From Chrysomallon squamiferum (taxonomy: Eukaryota; Animalia; Mollusca), in the NCBI GenBank assembly GCA_012295275.1, contig CM022668.1:9982001-10046000 (forward strand): DNA of 64,000 bases, read 5' to 3'. The notes below the pieces were generated by a model. The model was not told where the DNA came from, did not search any database, and saw only the letters and a program-made list of their open reading frames with translations. Of this stretch, positions 60,275-64,000 are shown piece by piece. How positions within the stretch are numbered: the first letter of the stretch is position 1; each line of letters opens with the position of its first letter. The translations under genes were made by a program, and so were the position numbers.

Positions 60275-60497
60275 AGTCAGTGTCATCAAAGAATCAGTAA
60301 GAATCATCTTTCAGTCAGTAAGCGTCATCATACAATCAGTGAGTTCTTTACAATTAGTGTAATCATACAATCAGTGTCATCATACAGTCAGTGTCATCAT
60401 ACAGTCAGTGCCATCATACAGTCAGTGTCATCATAGAATCAGTAAGAGTCATCTTTCAGTCAGTAAGCGTCATCATACAATCAGTATCATCATACAA
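60275..60497. repeat. 17-bp tandem repeat
   Basis: CAGTCAGTGTCATCATA repeated with variants. A decayed relative lies at ~53470-53550. Confidence 0.8.
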
Positions 60498-61199
60498 CTG
60501 ATTGAACAAATTGATTACCTGGACGAGTCGATTTACAAAAACATGTTACAGAGGTTGTCATAAACGACATTTGCACGTTTAGATTATTAGCTGTCTGTTT
60601 ACAATACTAAAGGGATTAACATTCGGGGATTATCGTCAATGTTAATCGGATAATCCTGTTCGGAGCAAACCCTGGAAATCGATGTTGTCATATTCATACT
60701 GGATAACAATAACTGGAATTAGTTTTAAACAATAAACGACGTAAGTGTGCGAAGTAAATAGGGTTGTTTTATTATTCTTTATTATTTTTGAATCGCTTGG
60801 CATAATAGATTAACACACACAAGATAACTCAGATAATTGTTACAGTAATCTAGCTATAGCTTTACAAATGAAATCCGTGGTTTTAAAAATAAACAGAGAT
60901 GTTCAGATCATTAAAGATTGCTTTATCATTAAAAACTGTTAATCATGAAAATGATATTTAGAAAAGAACAACAAAACGACCAAACGAGTTGTTTTTAACT
61001 ATACATTATTTTGGAATAACACATCCATAGACTGAAATATATCATTCATGTTTTTTAAAATAACACTTTTATTTGAATTCAAACGTAAGTTATCTTTACT
61101 GTTTAGTATTTAAAAATAACACCTTTATTTAGATTCAAATATAGACAGCATTTTTGTAAAAGTTATTATTATTATATATACATAACTTTTATTTAGATT

Positions 61200-64000
61200 C
61201 TAATATAGAAAGTATTTGTGTGTATGCTGTCTATCGTTTTCATCGTCAGAAGAGTTTATTTTAATGTTAGCCAGATCACCAGCGGTAATTCCTGCAACGT
61301 TTGCTACATCAACTACACCAGCACCCAACAGAACATCCACAGTATACATCTGGGCCCTCTCTATTGCTTCGTGGAGATCGGAGTTGCCGTCGTTGTTTAG
61401 AATGGTTACATCAACACCTTTCTTTAACAACATTTTCAGATGTTCTAGCTGGTTGTATTCTGCACAAACATGCTGCTGTATTTCCGGCTTTGTTACGAAG
61501 GTTAACGCAGCATCCATTTTCAAGGAGGAAGTCGACTATGTTACAAGTTAGACTTGTTAGACCAGTCTTTGTAACTGTTTCATAAAGGGCAAAGATATCT
61601 TTCATCCAAACTAATAAATGTGTCTCTCCTTCTCGTGAACCAAACTTTGGCAAGAGTTTTAATATATCAAAAAAGCTGTATGACGTCATCAACGTCTTCA
61701 AAACATCATTAAATATACATCCTGTGACATCACTCCAACTGCGAAATGAAGAGGACTGTTCCCAGAGCTTAAAGTAACATTAACTCGTCCTCCTCTGGTT
61801 AGAAGACTTAGTAAGATTTCAGTGTTGTGACACGGTACCGCATCATGCATTGCTGTCACTTCAGCGTCTCCGTAATTTGGGTCAGCGCCTTTGTCCAGCA
61901 GAAAATCGACAACGTCTTGTCTCCCATATAAGCAGGTCTTGACGAATGGATTGATGCCGTTGTCGTATTCACAGTTAATATCTGCACCTACCTTGAGAAT
62001 AATGTCCATCAGATGCAGTGCACCGACCTGTGCTGCCAGGTGTAATGGAGTCTTTCCTGTTTTGTTTCTCCATTTAGGAGAACTGCCTTTGTTCAAAAGT
62101 AGCTCAACATTTTTGTCTATTCCTGATGTGATGGGGTCATAGAGAGCTATTTGACATTTAGAATAGAAGCAATTTGGATTCACGTCATTGTCCAGTAGTA
62201 CCTGAAGTACGTCGAAATATCCCATACTAGCAGCATAATGCAAGCGAGTCTGTCCACAGGAGTACATCAGATAAGGATCCGCCTTCAGTTCCAGTAATGT
62301 TGATATGACATCCGTGTAATGAAGACCTATAGCTTGATGTAAAAGTGTTTCTCTGTTTTCGTTCTGATGATTGACTCTGCCTCCAGCATCATGTAAATCT
62401 TTGAGAAGAGTACATCTCGAAAACATTACAGCGAATGACATGGCCGATTCTCCATTGTCATCAGGTATATTTAGATCAGTCCCCAGAGTGATCAGCAATT
62501 TCGTTGCTTTTTGCATGCCGGACTTAATCGCTGTCTACAAGACAGTGTAACCGCAATTGTCTCGACCATTTATGTCTGCTCCGCTCTTAACGAGAGATTA
62601 TATGAAGTCTATGCCTCCCATTTTACCTAGATTCACAAGAAAAGCTGTGGATTCCACACATCCGTATCTTGAGGCTGTATGTAATAGGTTTTCACTGTGA
62701 TTTACTGATGTCTTGCAGGCTGGATTACTGCCAGTGATTTCTTTCAGGATGTCGGCATCATCGTGTGCATCGGTCCGAACAGCACAGCATTCAGAGTTTC
62801 CTGCTGTAACGTGATTTGTTAACTGCCTAAAGAGATCGCCAGCTCGGATATCGACACTGCTGGGAAGTGTGAGTGGTCGATGTCTCCTTCGCAGTGTTTT
62901 TCTGAGTCCTTCGTGACACTGCAGTAGTAACTGCCTGAGAGCACGACGAAGAACCGATTCACTAGTCTCTAACTGACAAAGTCGATGAATGAGAAAACGT
63001 GAAATTTTTCCATTTCCTTTTTCTAACGCCAAATACAACATGGATCCCAAATCGTCAACCTTGAGATCAGCATTAGTTTTGCACTTCAGCAGATATTCAA
63101 ACATGGACATATCGTCTGACTTCGACAGAGCAGCAGCAGCCAGTGACGTCACAGTTGGAACTGTGCCACAGTCCAGCAGAGATGTTATTGTTTCACAGTT
63201 TCCTGTGAAACAAGAGACATCCAGAATTTCGCCGCGCTGGTTGATAATAACACTATCGTTTGACTCGCAGACAGCTTTCACAAAATGTCTGGAAAGACTA
63301 CGACAGTCTGTAGCAACAGCAACACTTGTCGTTGACGATGTCGATAATGAAATGCTCTCACGAATACGACCGAGTAACTTTGTCTCCATATCTGGGAAAT
63401 AAAAACCGTCTTTTTCTAAACTAAACCACAAAGTATTGAAATCATCTGCATAAGAAAAACTGCGGATAGAGTGATTTCCAGAAAAATGAAAGCATTTGCC
63501 TTGTTCTAAATCAGACCACAAAGCATTGACCTGTTCTTTATAAAAAAAACTGCAGATAGTGTCTTTCTTTATTTCAAGTGTCTGTGATAAGACTTTGTTT
63601 GGGACAACCGATTTCCAGAATTCCTCTGTCAAATATTTAACGAATAATTCATCTTTTAACGATGTATGTGAAAGAATAAGTCTTGCGCTGGACGACATCA
63701 ACAAATCTGTAAACCTTTCAGCAAGAACTGGAAAGTTTTTCCTCTCAACTCTAACAACGACGTCGTCATTCCTTGCCGCACTAGGTGTGATGATATATTC
63801 AAGAAGCAACATCGCCGGACATATGAGGAGTCCTTGCTTCTGGTACTCTGATATGAACTGTAGGAATAACGTATCAAATATGGATTGGTGAATAAACGTG
63901 TATTCTCTCTCCTCGTTGTTGTTTGTCAAGTATAGTCCACACAGAACATTGGCCGAAGCTTTCATTTGACCTAGAGAAACATCACTGTTTATTTTACACA
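61200..64000 (-). pseudogene. nSTAND3-type NTPase + ankyrin gene, copy 2 (5' part beyond the window end)
   Basis: 62627-64000 is near-identical to copy 1 (42405-43735). About 0.84 kb of the ankyrin array is deleted at ~62625. Stops at 62598-600 and ~62536; frameshifts near 61700 and 61500. The 3' flank 60513-61200 is homologous to 39293-39990. Confidence 0.88.

Overview
AT-rich, microsatellite-dense animal genomic DNA with spliceosomal GT-AG introns; the gene families suggest a mollusc, probably a gastropod (inference). The left part holds two apparently intact genes: the 3' end of a collagen XV/XVIII (multiplexin, endostatin domain; + strand, 1.7-4.5 kb) and a complete 12-exon secreted heme peroxidase (+, 13.6-23.8 kb). 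The peroxidase's last intron contains a ~2.1 kb parvovirus/densovirus-like element. It has a decayed NS1-type SF3 helicase, inverted terminal repeats at both ends, a ~290 bp near-perfect terminal hairpin, and no capsid gene. From 24.5 kb onward the window is an accessory immune-like cluster in birth-and-death turnover. It contains a truncated NERD-like nuclease, multi-EGF/lectin transmembrane receptor genes on both strands (with duplicated tyrosine-motif tails), and two tandem nSTAND3-type NTPase + ankyrin (NLR-like) genes. Nearly all of these carry stops or frameshifts. Short tandem duplications that copy splice sites or exon ends recur through the window. All calls come from reading the sequence; no searches were run.
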